NCBI GenBank assembly: GCA_963801355.1
Contig: CAWDEM010000008.1
Span: forward strand, 384,001-448,000
Origin: Ignavibacteriota bacterium
GTDB taxonomy: Bacteria > Bacteroidota > Ignavibacteria > UBA10030 > UBA6906
Length of the DNA: 64,000 nucleotides
Reading direction: 5' to 3'
Under the pieces are notes generated by a model. The model saw only the letters and a program-made list of their open reading frames with translations. It did no database searches and was not told the DNA's origin. Of this stretch, positions 28,130-38,548 are shown one piece after another. Within the stretch, counting starts at the first letter, position 1. Each line of letters begins with the position of its first letter. Made by a program: the position numbers and the translations under genes.

Positions 28130-30199
28130 CTACGGCAGATCCAGGCCATACCTGTCGCTGATGTCCAAACGGGGCATCGGGCCGTTCAGTGGTTTGGCGT
28201 CGCGAACGTACCAGTCATACCATTCGATGGTCCGGTACATCAGGTCAATACGAGCCGGCTGCCGTGCATTTCCGTGTTGCTCCCCGGGGTATTGAACCAG
28301 GCGGACGGCCGGATGCTTGTTGATTTTCATCCGGCGGTACAACTCCAGGCTCTGGGACGGGTTGACCCTCGTGTCGTCGGCGCCGCCACAGATCAGTGTG
28401 GCCGTCGTGCTCTGGTGGGCCCAGTACACGGGGCTGCGCTTAAGCGAAAATTCCCAAGTTTGCTCGATGGGTTTTCCCGCATGGACAGCCAGTTCCTCTT
28501 CAGGTATATCCGTCGTGCTCTGCTTGCTTACGAGATCGCTTATACCCACGAACATTGCCACGGCCCGAACGTATTTCGTGTAATATGTGGCAAACCAGGC
28601 TGAAGCATAGCCGCCGTACGATCCTCCGCCGAGACCCACGCGCTCCCTGTCAGCCGACCCCTGCGAAGTGAGGACCTCGATTCCGTCAGCAATGTCATCA
28701 AACTCCTTGCCTGCCGGATCACCGAAGCCTTCCGCCGCAAACGATACCCCGTAACCGGTGCTTGCACGGTAGTTGGGGTAGAACACCATGTACCCCTTTC
28801 CCGCGAATACCTGTCCCGGCTCGCTGTAGTTGGAGAGCCATCCGTTGGAGTAGTGTGATTCCGGCCCCCCGTGCACCACCACGATAAGCGGGCAGCGTTT
28901 TGCCTGTTCTCCGCCCGCGGGGTGAATCAGGAGGCCTTCAATATCCCTGCCATCGCGGGCTTTGTATTTCACGAGCGACTGATTGCCCAGTGCCCGCCGG
29001 GCCAGCCAGGGATTCAGAGTCGTAGCGCGATCGAGAGCATTCTTGCCTGTAACGAGGAAAAGGTCTCCGGGAGTTGTTGCGGACTGGCCGATCAGAGCAA
29101 CAATCTCACCTTTTCCGGAGACCAGCGGCGCATCGAAGACTATTCCGGTCTCCTGGGATGCCAGAAGGAGTGAGGTCTCCCGGCTGCCAAGGCGGGCGGA
29201 GCGGAGAGAAGTGTTCACGCCGTCTGCTGACCGGTAGAGCACCGTTTCGGCATCCTTCCAGCCGACCCACGTAATGTGGCCGGGGTGACCCTCGGGGGTG
29301 GCATCGAAGGGAGTGCCACCCGCCAGAGGCATCGTATAGATCTGGCTGACGGCGTTGTCATGCCGGTCACGTGCTCCCACGAAGGCTATATGCGAGTTCT
29401 GGGGGTTGATTGTGAAATTCCCGAGCTTGCCCGGAGGTGTAACAAGATGGCGAATGTTCCCGGATGGCAGTTCAAGCAGGAAGATCTTTTGGGACATGTA
29501 GCTCTGGTCAACCAGCGGATCGTCCGAAGCTGCAAACGCAATCATGCGACCGTCGGGGGAGAATTCAAACGACCAGACGCTATGCTCCTGAGTCAACTGC
29601 CGGGGTTCCGGCACGGTATCCTGGGAAATATCCACTAGATAGAGGTTCCGGTCTCTGAGGTTTTCCTCATAAAAGACAAAGCCATAGCCCTTGGCATCAA
29701 TAGCTTTTTCACGCTTGGATTTTGGTAGCTGTGAAACATAGGCCAGATGGCGTCCGTCCGGGTGCCAGCGGAAGGCGAGCACGGGCTCCTCCGCGGTAGT
29801 GAGTTGTCTTGCCTCCCCTCCGGTAGCGGGGATCGCCCAGACCTGGGTTTTCTCCCCGCGCTTCATCAGAAAGGCTATCATACTTCCGTCAGGGGACCAG
29901 AGGGGAGAATTGACCCGGACCTTGCCTGTGACAAACGGGCGTGATGATTTTGATTGCGTCCTGAGGATGTGCAGTTCACTAAAAGATGCTCCGGGCTCTT
30001 CCGCTGCAGGCCGTTGGCAGTCGACTGTATAGGCGATGAACTCGCCTGTTGGACTTGCCGAAGCTGACGTGACTCTCTTGATCTTCAGCAGGTCTTCCGG
30101 CGACAATGTCGGGAGTTGCGATTGAGCGGCCCCACAAAGGGGCAGCAAGGCCAGACACGCAAGGCCGATAGACACTCTCCGGAATAAGGAGGAATTCAT
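28130..30199 (-). CDS. Exported S9-family (prolyl oligopeptidase/acylaminoacyl) peptidase
   Basis: Signal peptide, WSPDG propeller repeats, HGGP, nucleophile GGSYGG, D.RV and EQHG. Start at MNSSLF. Confidence 0.93.
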   Translation of the reverse strand: MNSSLFRRVSIGLACLALLPLCGAAQSQLPTLSPEDLLKIKRVTSASASPTGEFIAYTVDCQRPAAEEPGASFSELHILRTQSKSSRPFVTGKVRVNSPLWSPDGSMIAFLMKRGEKTQVWAIPATGGEARQLTTAEEPVLAFRWHPDGRHLAYVSQLPKSKREKAIDAKGYGFVFYEENLRDRNLYLVDISQDTVPEPRQLTQEHSVWSFEFSPDGRMIAFAASDDPLVDQSYMSQKIFLLELPSGNIRHLVTPPGKLGNFTINPQNSHIAFVGARDRHDNAVSQIYTMPLAGGTPFDATPEGHPGHITWVGWKDAETVLYRSADGVNTSLRSARLGSRETSLLLASQETGIVFDAPLVSGKGEIVALIGQSATTPGDLFLVTGKNALDRATTLNPWLARRALGNQSLVKYKARDGRDIEGLLIHPAGGEQAKRCPLIVVVHGGPESHYSNGWLSNYSEPGQVFAGKGYMVFYPNYRASTGYGVSFAAEGFGDPAGKEFDDIADGIEVLTSQGSADRERVGLGGGSYGGYASAWFATYYTKYVRAVAMFVGISDLVSKQSTTDIPEEELAVHAGKPIEQTWEFSLKRSPVYWAHQSTTATLICGGADDTRVNPSQSLELYRRMKINKHPAVRLVQYPGEQHGNARQPARIDLMYRTIEWYDWYVRDAKPLNGPMPRLDISDRYGLDLP

Positions 30200-30236
30200 G
30201 TTTGGTCTCCAGGTTAATGCATTATCAATAGAGGCT

Positions 30237-31214
30237 TTACCGTTCGCGTCGAAAGTAAGATATAGTTTTGAATAGGTTGATGCTAACTGCGGGGACTGTG
30301 AACGCGAGTAATGTGACCAAGCCATACGCGATGCTTTTGGGCATTGCACCCTTGAGGAGTATTTGCATAACTACCGCCACGCTGAGAGCAAGAAGTGTGG
30401 AAATGATCCGTTCGAGCCGGCCGCGGGTGCTGTCAAAAGCTCTCAGCTTCAAGGTTAAGTAATAGACCAGCCCGAGTGCGAGGAGCGGAGCAGAAAAGAC
30501 GTTGGCAGTCTCGGAAGTCAGAAACAGTGCTCCCGGGAGCACGATAAGGCAGATGATTTCTATGATCTGGGAAGCAGTTGTATTGTCAGCCAGCGCGGGG
30601 AAAATCGATCCACGGTTGTCACGGGTGCGGGGAAAGACCAGTGTGACGAAGAGAATTGCAATCCCCCCGAGCAGTAATCCCGCAAGAGTGTCTCCCGCAA
30701 AGTGCCTGCCAAGATACATTCTGGAGATAGGCATAAGGAATGCCACTCCGATAGCGATCCAGGCCAGCCACCGCTTGCGGAACAAATACGCGAGGGCTCC
30801 CCAGAATGCCAATGTACTGCTGCAATGACCGGACAGGAGGCCATAATCCGGCCCGGGCATGGCCCGCACGTAGGAAATAACATCCGGCGAGGGAAGCCCG
30901 AGGAACCAAGTGGCTCCGCGGGAGAAAAACGGCGATGTGTTCGGCACACCAAACTCAAGGAGCAGCACGCGCATGTCCGCATCAGATGGCCGCGGCAGGG
31001 CAAAGAATGACTTGACGGCCGCCGTCAGGAGACCAACCCAGAGGATTGTCAGCAGTACCCTGAAACCATTCCGGTGGTTGAATCCGAAAAAGACAATCAG
31101 CGCCAGCACAAGGAATAAGGTCTCTTGCCCGAGCACGCTGATACCACGCATCACCCACGTCAATGCGTCGGAGCGAAACGACTGCAGCCAGATGATCGGT
31201 TCCGTTTGGAACAT
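30237..31214 (-). CDS. PAP2-family membrane phosphatase
   Basis: K......RP, LSGH and SRMYLGRHF..D motifs with multiple TM helices. Start at MFQTEP. Confidence 0.9.
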   Translation of the reverse strand: MFQTEPIIWLQSFRSDALTWVMRGISVLGQETLFLVLALIVFFGFNHRNGFRVLLTILWVGLLTAAVKSFFALPRPSDADMRVLLLEFGVPNTSPFFSRGATWFLGLPSPDVISYVRAMPGPDYGLLSGHCSSTLAFWGALAYLFRKRWLAWIAIGVAFLMPISRMYLGRHFAGDTLAGLLLGGIAILFVTLVFPRTRDNRGSIFPALADNTTASQIIEIICLIVLPGALFLTSETANVFSAPLLALGLVYYLTLKLRAFDSTRGRLERIISTLLALSVAVVMQILLKGAMPKSIAYGLVTLLAFTVPAVSINLFKTISYFRRER

Positions 31215-31294
31215 GGTTATGAAACATACGATTTCTCCAGCTCTCCCGCAAAGGTTCCGCTTGTTTGTAGAAGTCGAAACCGGTAGATTCAACG

Positions 31295-32074
31295 ATGATG
31301 ACCATTCGAATTTCCATCCTGATTGCTCTCCTCGTTGCGTACCCGGTGAATGCCCGGAGTGATGGATCCGCGAAGCTGGCTGCGGGAGATGCCGCATTTG
31401 CCCTGATGGACTACCCTGTTGCGGTTCGTGAATACGAAGGGGCGCTGGGTGAGGCACCAGGGGATCCCGTGCTGCTCTGCCGGCTGTCGCGGGCATATGT
31501 CTGTATTGGAGAGGTGGAGGAGAACCAGCAGGAACGGGTGGCCGTGCTGCGAAGGGCGGAGCGTTGCGCCCGCGAATGCCTCCTCAAGGATCCACAAAGC
31601 TGGGAGGGGCACACCTGGCTGGCGGCTGCGCTCGGGTATCTGGCGCTTGAGGTGGGGATGCGGGATCAGGTTGCGCTCTCGCGCGAACTGCTGGCAGAAA
31701 CCGATCGTGCTCTTGCGATTAATCCAAAGGACGACATCGCTCTCTCTATCCGTGGTTCATTTTACCGCGCTCTGGGAAATATCGGGTGGTTCAAGAAACA
31801 GCTCGCCGCCCTCTTCGTGGGTGACATCCCCGACGGAGGGTTTGCCGAGGCAGAGCAATCACTGAATGAGGCGGTCGCACTTGCGCCGGATATCATGCGG
31901 CACCGGTACGAACTCGGCGTACTGTACGCCGACATGGGACGAATGCCGGAAGCCTGCGCCCAGTTTGCGCGGGCGGTGAACCTTCCCGTGCGGGTCGCCA
32001 TCGACCGCCCCCGTCTGGAAAAGATCCGGGCGTTTCTTGATGAATTCCGGTGCGGAGAGGAGGCCAACCGGTGA
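31295..32074 (+). CDS. Exported TPR protein (RMD1-like helical repeats)
   Basis: Signal peptide and TPR motifs (LCRLSRAY, GHTWLAAALG, AVALAPD..HRYELG). Confidence 0.75.
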   Translation: MMTIRISILIALLVAYPVNARSDGSAKLAAGDAAFALMDYPVAVREYEGALGEAPGDPVLLCRLSRAYVCIGEVEENQQERVAVLRRAERCARECLLKDPQSWEGHTWLAAALGYLALEVGMRDQVALSRELLAETDRALAINPKDDIALSIRGSFYRALGNIGWFKKQLAALFVGDIPDGGFAEAEQSLNEAVALAPDIMRHRYELGVLYADMGRMPEACAQFARAVNLPVRVAIDRPRLEKIRAFLDEFRCGEEANR

Positions 32075-32901
32075 CGGAGCGCCAGCTCGAGAGAATCCGG
32101 GCCTGGTGGCACTCCTATGTCCGCAGGTTTGACGTGGGTGACGCCGAGCTTCGCCGGAACGCGCGCCTCAAAGAAGTGCACACCCGGCGTGTCCGCAGGG
32201 AAGCGGCACTAATCGCGGGGGAACTTGGCTGTCCTGCACCGGATCTCCGGCTGATCGAAGCGCTTGTCCTGCTTCATGACGTGGGGAGATTTGCACAATT
32301 CGCAAAATACAGGACGTTTGCCGACGTGAAATCGGAAAACCACGCCTTGTTGGGCCTGAAGATCCTGCAGCAGGAGAAAGTGTTGCGTCCACTTTCACTT
32401 CGTGAGCAGTCGGTGATGCGGCGGGCGATCAGGTATCACAATCAGCCGGACATTCCACCCGTGAATGAGGCCCGCTTGCTTTTCTTTTCGCGCATTCTTC
32501 GCGACGCTGACAAACTGGATATCTGGCGTGTGGCCATCGGGAACCACTATGCGCCGCCGGAGAGGAAGAATCAGGCGATATCCATCGGTTTGCCGGATCT
32601 CCCCGGGGTATCCCCGGGCGTGATGGAAGATCTGCGCGCAGGCCGCATCGTGGCAAGCCGCCATGTCACGAGACTTAATGATCTTACGCTGCTGCAGCTG
32701 GGTTGGGTGTTCGACCTGAACTTTACGCCGACGATGCGTGCCGTTCAACGGAGGGGATATCTGGAAAAACTGCGTGGAGCGCTGCCTGATGATGAGGAAA
32801 TGCGGGAGGCGTATCAGATCGCGCGCTCCTATATCGAGAGCCGCATGACGGATGGAGTATCGCGGTTATCTCACCAGAGCCATCTTGCGCGAAAACGATG
32901 A
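32071..32901 (+). CDS. HD-domain phosphohydrolase
   Basis: LKEVHT, LLHDVGRF.Q, H...G, AIRYHN and RDADKLDI motifs; GTGA overlap with the upstream gene. Confidence 0.9.
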   Translation: MTERQLERIRAWWHSYVRRFDVGDAELRRNARLKEVHTRRVRREAALIAGELGCPAPDLRLIEALVLLHDVGRFAQFAKYRTFADVKSENHALLGLKILQQEKVLRPLSLREQSVMRRAIRYHNQPDIPPVNEARLLFFSRILRDADKLDIWRVAIGNHYAPPERKNQAISIGLPDLPGVSPGVMEDLRAGRIVASRHVTRLNDLTLLQLGWVFDLNFTPTMRAVQRRGYLEKLRGALPDDEEMREAYQIARSYIESRMTDGVSRLSHQSHLARKR

Positions 32902-34860
32902 GGGTGAGGAGCCGTCACCCGGACGGACATCCAGTCTGCAGAGATAAACCCCGCTTGCTAGCCCTGAAGCGTCAAACCTCACGTTGTAATGCCCCGGTGA
33001 TTTCTGTCCGTCCTCCAGTACCGCCACTTCCCGGCCCAGCAGATCGTACACTGCGAGCCTGATCCGGCTGAAAGCCCGGCCCGGGCCTCCGGCTCCTTGT
33101 GTCCCGCCCGGAACATCGAACCCTATAGTTGTGGTCGGGTTGAAGGGATTGGGAAAGTTCTGTGCAAGCGCATACGACGCGGGCACATCTTGCTGCAGAT
33201 CCTCGATGCCGGTGGACGGATTTTGAACCGTCGCGGGATCGATGAAATGCTTTACGGTCCCGAGCCAGTAACCCAATGTAGCCGCGTGTGAGCCGTCATA
33301 CAGATCGCGGTCAGCCTGAAGCAATGCATTCGCTGCATCGGCGGCAGTCACCCCGTAGCCGAGATAGCAGAGGCTCTTGAGGACGATGCGGTCGGTGACA
33401 TCCCTGCCGAGTTCACTCCAGATGCCCATCAACGTGGAAGACCATACCTGACCCGCTGCATGCGGCGATGGATTGTCGAACGGATACGTGTTCGCATCAT
33501 CCAAACGGCGGCCGGACCAGTACACGTTGTGCCCGTCCCATTTGTACACCCATGAGAATTGATCGTCTTCCCGCATCCACTGATTCAGCGAGCGCGCGTA
33601 GGACGCTGCCCAGTAGTCGGAGTAACCTTCGCCGAGCGCAGCGGATTCCCCGCCGCCCCAGGTGGGAGAGAAAGTGTACTGAATGGCATGGCCGTACTCG
33701 TGCCAGATGACATCCGCGTCTTCGGCGTCGTCGACGCCTCCCGTGCCAAATGACATCCAGTTCCCGGAAGGACTGTAGTGTGAATTGTCCATTCCCTGGA
33801 AGCCGTGGGGGTCGATGCGGATCTTGCGCAGGCGGCTTGAGGTGAACCCGAGATCCCGGACCCGTTTGTACGCCAGCGATGCGTGATAGTATGCATTCAC
33901 AGCCTCGAATCCCATCTGGCTCCGGTCGAACTGAAATCCGTCCGGCGTCAGCGATGTGACCGCGGTATCAAAGGGCGACTCGATGTCCATGATCGTGCAA
34001 TACGGTCCGCGGAGGAAAAAGCTTCCACCGGAAAACGTGATCGAATCGAGGGCCACAAGGCTGCGGTACGCCGCCAACGAATCCGAATTCTGATCATCGT
34101 TATCTGAGAATCCGTCTGTGCCGTACTTCTGACGGGCGGCGCTCAATGGATCGGTCAGGTACACAAAGCCGCTGCCGTTCATTTGCTGATTGTCTTCATA
34201 CTCCACGAAGAGGTCGCGTGACTGCAGAAGCACACCGGTCGTCGCGTCGACAATGACCTCCCAATCGCCCGCAGGTTCCTCACGGGTCATTGCGACCCGG
34301 TACGCAAGATGATATGCTCCCTTTTGATCGGCATAGACGATCAGCGTGGCGGAATCATCCTGGCCGATGGCCCGGTTGGAGGTCTTGAGAATGTCGCGAA
34401 CGATGGTGAGGGCTCTAGCAGCGTCGAACGAAGGAGCAGCCGGGGCTTCGACACCGGTCCGGCCGTTGTTGATCACCATGGTGATTTCGTTGAGTGAGTT
34501 GACGCTCACAACAACGTCTGCTCCATAGACCGGGAGTCCTTTGTACATCTGTTGGAATCGCACGTGCGTGCCGCCGGGGGCGTCTATTACCGCGGCGGTG
34601 ACGAGATCAGAACTCGCGGTGCTCAAGCGAAGCGCCTGGTTGTAGGAAGCCAGAAACGAGCTAGCCGCGAGTTCCGGAGAATGTTGAGTTGACGGGATTC
34701 GTAGATTGAAGAGGGCCCGGGGGACTCCCAGCTCATCGACCTTCATCGATCCCACATATTGCACGCCCTGTGCGGTCTGCGCCGGCGAAGGATGGATCGC
34801 ACCGGCAGTCATTGCGAAGACTGCAACTGCGGCGAACATCCTGTTACGGTGCATGATCAT
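32866..34860 (-). CDS. M36/M4-like zinc metallopeptidase with FTP/PepSY propeptide and T9SS-type C-terminal domain
   Basis: HVRFQQ.YKGLPV, VDATTG, HEYGH, GEGYSD and NFPNPFNPTT motifs. Confidence 0.9.
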   Translation of the reverse strand: MIMHRNRMFAAVAVFAMTAGAIHPSPAQTAQGVQYVGSMKVDELGVPRALFNLRIPSTQHSPELAASSFLASYNQALRLSTASSDLVTAAVIDAPGGTHVRFQQMYKGLPVYGADVVVSVNSLNEITMVINNGRTGVEAPAAPSFDAARALTIVRDILKTSNRAIGQDDSATLIVYADQKGAYHLAYRVAMTREEPAGDWEVIVDATTGVLLQSRDLFVEYEDNQQMNGSGFVYLTDPLSAARQKYGTDGFSDNDDQNSDSLAAYRSLVALDSITFSGGSFFLRGPYCTIMDIESPFDTAVTSLTPDGFQFDRSQMGFEAVNAYYHASLAYKRVRDLGFTSSRLRKIRIDPHGFQGMDNSHYSPSGNWMSFGTGGVDDAEDADVIWHEYGHAIQYTFSPTWGGGESAALGEGYSDYWAASYARSLNQWMREDDQFSWVYKWDGHNVYWSGRRLDDANTYPFDNPSPHAAGQVWSSTLMGIWSELGRDVTDRIVLKSLCYLGYGVTAADAANALLQADRDLYDGSHAATLGYWLGTVKHFIDPATVQNPSTGIEDLQQDVPASYALAQNFPNPFNPTTTIGFDVPGGTQGAGGPGRAFSRIRLAVYDLLGREVAVLEDGQKSPGHYNVRFDASGLASGVYLCRLDVRPGDGSSPSSFSRKMALVR

Positions 34861-35040
34861 GGCGTGCTGAGTCTTCTCTCTGGTTCAGTGGTACTTGTGA
34901 TCGAACATAGACGGCGCTGAGGGCGTGCGCGTTGTTCGATCATGACTCAATATAGGCAGGTATGAGCGTCCGGAGGTGTGTCGGTTGTCACATTTTGTAG
35001 AATTTACATAGGTGACAGGTAAGAATTCCACCCTTTTTCG

Positions 35041-37260
35041 CTATTTCAGCAGACCCATTTCTGAAAACGGGATGTCCTGAAAACCCGCTTTGCGGGCTGG
35101 AGAGTCCAGCGGCACTGAAATCACACGTCGTTGAGCATCAAACCGGAACGGTGGCTCTGGAACAAACGCATCGTCCTGGAAAATCTCTTTGACCCTCGGG
35201 TCGGTGCGGGTCAGGGCTTCGTACCCATCCACGAGATCGATGTTCAGATAGTAGGGATCCCATCCCTTCTGGCCGGCTTTCCAGCGACGCAGCACAATAG
35301 GGTCGGCGGAAATATTGTTGCGGAATGTGCTGATGTGCAGGTCGAATGTGTGGAAGTCATAAATATCCATCCACCGGCCGCCGTATGAGAGATTGTTCTC
35401 GAACCGGTTGTTGACCGGAAGGTCCTGCGTCTCTCCCGGAAGATTTGCAAGCGCGGGATACCGCGTTGTGTAAGGCGGCTGATTTCCCTTGACCTCCTTG
35501 AGCCGGTCGAACAGGGTGTTGTGAACACCGTCAAAATAATATGATGCCCACCCGCGCCCGCGAGCATCGAGATGAATTGACGGGCTGCACTCCACGTACA
35601 CATTGTTCTTGACGATATTGTCCCTCCCGCCGCCGACGAGTGTTGCCCGCCCCGCCCTGTAGAATACATTACCGATCACGGTGAACCCGGTTGCCCAGTC
35701 ATCGAGATAGACTCCCATGACTCCATGCAGGCCCGGACCCTTCAGGTCATGGAAATAATTGAAACGGATCACGTTGCCGTACCATGTGTAATCCCTGCCG
35801 GTGTGCAGTGCGCCTGCATCGCCGGATTCCTTTGTCACGCTGTGGACTTCATTGTATTCGATGAGGTGATCATTGCCCTTGACGTAAATGGCTTCAAACG
35901 GGGCATCGTGCATAAGGCAGTGGGTCAGCCGATGGCCTACGCCGTCGAGAATCACGGCGTACGCGCCTGTGCGGAGCCACTCTCCATAATGATGAATGTG
36001 GGTGTTGTGCACGAGGTGTCCCGACGGGACAAGTGTCGTGCGGTCTCCCCCCGAGAGAAGGATTGCCCCCCGTGCCATGTCCGAGATCTCGCATCCCACT
36101 ACGGAATGTCCGGAGCCGCCGAGTATCTCGATCGCATCACTTGCACCGTTCCTGAACGTGCACCGGGTGAGCGAATTGCGTGAGCCGCCCTTCAGCGAGA
36201 TGCACTGACCGCGGGTGCATTCGAATGTAATGCCGTCAAACATCACCTGTGCGCATTCATCGAGAATCGTAAGAGGCGCCTCCATCATGGAGGCTTCGAC
36301 GTCGCCGTCACGCACGGGCCCCGGTGGTGCAAAGAAAAGCACTCCGGCCTTCCGGTCGATGTACCATTCTCCGGGTGTGTCGATCTCTTCCATGACATTG
36401 AGGAATCTGAATCTTTGATTCTTCGTGTATCCGTAGTGGTGATGCGGCTCCGCGAAGGTGATCTCGTGGCGTCTGTTGTCGATGCGTTTGATCCTCTGGT
36501 AGGTGTCACTCCAGTCGAATGTCCAGTAGCCATGGGCGATGATGTCGTCGACAGGAGCCCATGCGGCCGGCCGCTCACCCACATATGTGATGCGGCCGTA
36601 ATGACGGCCGGCCGGCACACCATCGTAACGCTTCTCTCGTTCCAGGCCCTGATTGTACAGGGAGTCTCCGGATTGCGGGACATCGGCGATGTTGAGCCAC
36701 CCCTGATTCGGATACCTGGCGAGATCCATCCGTTTGCCTTTGAAGAATATCTCAATCCCGGGGTTGCCCCTGGGTGCGATGGTACCGAATTCGGAGATGC
36801 CCTGCGCCTTAAGATCGGTCCGCAATACAGATTTGCGCATCCCGGCGGAAAGGCGATTCAGTTCGGCTGCATTTGTTACCGGGACGAGGCCCGTGACGGT
36901 TGTTGCGCCGGAAATCCTGGGCGTTGTGCCCGGAGCCGCTCTCCAGACGAGCCACCCTGCCTGCGGTACATCGGCAGCAGTGATGGCCAGCGGGCGTGTC
37001 ATCCTGTATGTGCCTCCGTGGAGGAGAACAAGCACGGTATCCAGTGCCGCCGGGTAATCATGCGCGATTTTCCCGCCGGCCAGTCGGGCGGCGTCGAGTG
37101 TGGCAAGCGGCCCATCTGTGCCCCGGATGTTTGCTGACGATAGGCGTCCTGACCAGCGATCATTTCCCGCGGGGCTCACGTGGAGTGTATCGGTGCGGGC
37201 GGCAAGGAGGGTTGGTATGAGAAAAAGAGTGAGCAGCCAGGGACCAGGATTTCGATTCAT
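35041..37260 (-). CDS. Exported right-handed parallel beta-helix protein (GH141-like)
   Basis: HVSPAGND.WSG, GP.ATL..A, ARYPN, E.D.PGEWY, DAGA and GVYLDD motifs. Start at MNRNPG. Confidence 0.85.
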   Translation of the reverse strand: MNRNPGPWLLTLFLIPTLLAARTDTLHVSPAGNDRWSGRLSSANIRGTDGPLATLDAARLAGGKIAHDYPAALDTVLVLLHGGTYRMTRPLAITAADVPQAGWLVWRAAPGTTPRISGATTVTGLVPVTNAAELNRLSAGMRKSVLRTDLKAQGISEFGTIAPRGNPGIEIFFKGKRMDLARYPNQGWLNIADVPQSGDSLYNQGLEREKRYDGVPAGRHYGRITYVGERPAAWAPVDDIIAHGYWTFDWSDTYQRIKRIDNRRHEITFAEPHHHYGYTKNQRFRFLNVMEEIDTPGEWYIDRKAGVLFFAPPGPVRDGDVEASMMEAPLTILDECAQVMFDGITFECTRGQCISLKGGSRNSLTRCTFRNGASDAIEILGGSGHSVVGCEISDMARGAILLSGGDRTTLVPSGHLVHNTHIHHYGEWLRTGAYAVILDGVGHRLTHCLMHDAPFEAIYVKGNDHLIEYNEVHSVTKESGDAGALHTGRDYTWYGNVIRFNYFHDLKGPGLHGVMGVYLDDWATGFTVIGNVFYRAGRATLVGGGRDNIVKNNVYVECSPSIHLDARGRGWASYYFDGVHNTLFDRLKEVKGNQPPYTTRYPALANLPGETQDLPVNNRFENNLSYGGRWMDIYDFHTFDLHISTFRNNISADPIVLRRWKAGQKGWDPYYLNIDLVDGYEALTRTDPRVKEIFQDDAFVPEPPFRFDAQRRVISVPLDSPARKAGFQDIPFSEMGLLK

Positions 37261-37360
37261 GGGTGTTTTGGCGATAGGGAAGGGAAGGATTGTGAAACAA
37301 GTTACATAAGCGATATGAATTATGCCAGTCAACTGAGTAAGCCTGGCGCAAATGACTCGA

Positions 37361-37415
37361 AAGCCTGGGGAAAAAGCCTGGGGAAAAAGCCAGACTTTAA
37401 AGCCAGGGGAAAAAG
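37361..37415. repeat. 13-bp tandem repeat AAGCC(T/A)GGGGAAA, about 4 units, in a divergent intergenic region
   Basis: Units start at 37361, 37374, 37387 (degenerate) and 37400, with a related copy at 37339. Confidence 0.8.
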
Positions 37416-37454
37416 TGTGACTTTATTGCCTGAGCATCGTATATTGTCTCCATC

Positions 37455-38420
37455 ATGTTTACCGATCTGCCACTCGAACAGCTGCGCGCATATGCTCCCG
37501 CGCGCACCGAACCGCCCGATTTCGATCAATTCTGGCGGGCAACACTCGATGCGGCGCGCTCCGTGCCGCTTGCTCCAACCTTCACTCCCCATGAAACCGG
37601 CCTGAAAACTGTGGAAGTGTTCGATGTGACCTTTCAGGGGTATGCCGGTCAGCCGATCCGGGCCTGGCTTATTATGCCGGCCCACAGGGAGTTGAAACTT
37701 CCCTGCATTGTGGAATACGTAGGCTATGGCGGGGGACGTGCAAAACCGTTCGATTGGCTGACATGGAGTGCGTTCGGCTACGCACACCTCGTCATGGACA
37801 CAAGAGGGCAGGGGAGCAGCTGGGGAGGCGGAGACACGCCGGACGTCGAGGACTTTCCTGCAAATCCGCAGATCCCCGGTTTCATGACGCGCGGAATTCT
37901 CTCACCGGTGACCTACTACTATCGCCGCGTGTTTACAGACGCAGTGCGGGCCGTGGAAACTGCACGCCTTCATCCGGCAATCGATCCTTCCCGCATTGCA
38001 GTGACTGGTGTCAGTCAGGGGGGTGGCATCACGCTGGCCGTTGCGGGACTTCTCCCTGATGTCGCTGCCGCTCTGCCCGATGTGCCGTTCCTCTGCCACT
38101 ACCGCGTCGCCACAGAAATCACGGACCGCGATCCCTACTACGAGATCGTCCGGTTCTGCAAGATTCATCGGGACAAAATCGAGACGGTCTTTTCGACGCT
38201 CTCCTACTTCGACGGTGTGAACTTCGCTCCCCGTGCGCCGGCCCCTGCACTTTTCTCAACGGGACTCATGGACGACATTTGTCCGCCCCGTACGGTTTTC
38301 TGTGCCTATAACCATTACCGGGGTGAGAAGAGAATCGAGGTCTATCCCTACAATCAGCATGAGGGGGGGCAGAGCCATCACATGATCCGGAAATCGGAAT
38401 TCCTGCGGGGAATTTTCTGA
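37455..38420 (+). CDS. Acetylxylan esterase / cephalosporin-C deacetylase (CE7)
   Basis: P.DFD.FW, GYGG, DTRGQ, GVSQGG, D.ICPP.T and HE motifs. Confidence 0.95.
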   Translation: MFTDLPLEQLRAYAPARTEPPDFDQFWRATLDAARSVPLAPTFTPHETGLKTVEVFDVTFQGYAGQPIRAWLIMPAHRELKLPCIVEYVGYGGGRAKPFDWLTWSAFGYAHLVMDTRGQGSSWGGGDTPDVEDFPANPQIPGFMTRGILSPVTYYYRRVFTDAVRAVETARLHPAIDPSRIAVTGVSQGGGITLAVAGLLPDVAAALPDVPFLCHYRVATEITDRDPYYEIVRFCKIHRDKIETVFSTLSYFDGVNFAPRAPAPALFSTGLMDDICPPRTVFCAYNHYRGEKRIEVYPYNQHEGGQSHHMIRKSEFLRGIF

Positions 38421-38439
38421 CAGTTCGCAGCTACAACGT

Positions 38440-38487
38440 ACACAGCAGGCGGAGAGCATAAGGTCACGCGCTTTCCGCCTGCTGTGT
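38440..38487. terminator. Long hairpin between convergent genes
   Basis: ACACAGCAGGCGGAGAGC/GCTTTCCGCCTGCTGTGT, an 18-bp stem. Confidence 0.6.
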
Positions 38488-38548
38488 CATTTCAAATCCC
38501 GACCGGTAGAGCCGGTTCCTCAGAGAAGGTCTTGCCCCGGCGAAGGTC

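Noticed and set aside
37361-37415. Repeats as a CRISPR array
   Set aside because: The units are 13 bp, contiguous and spacer-less, and there are no cas genes in the window.
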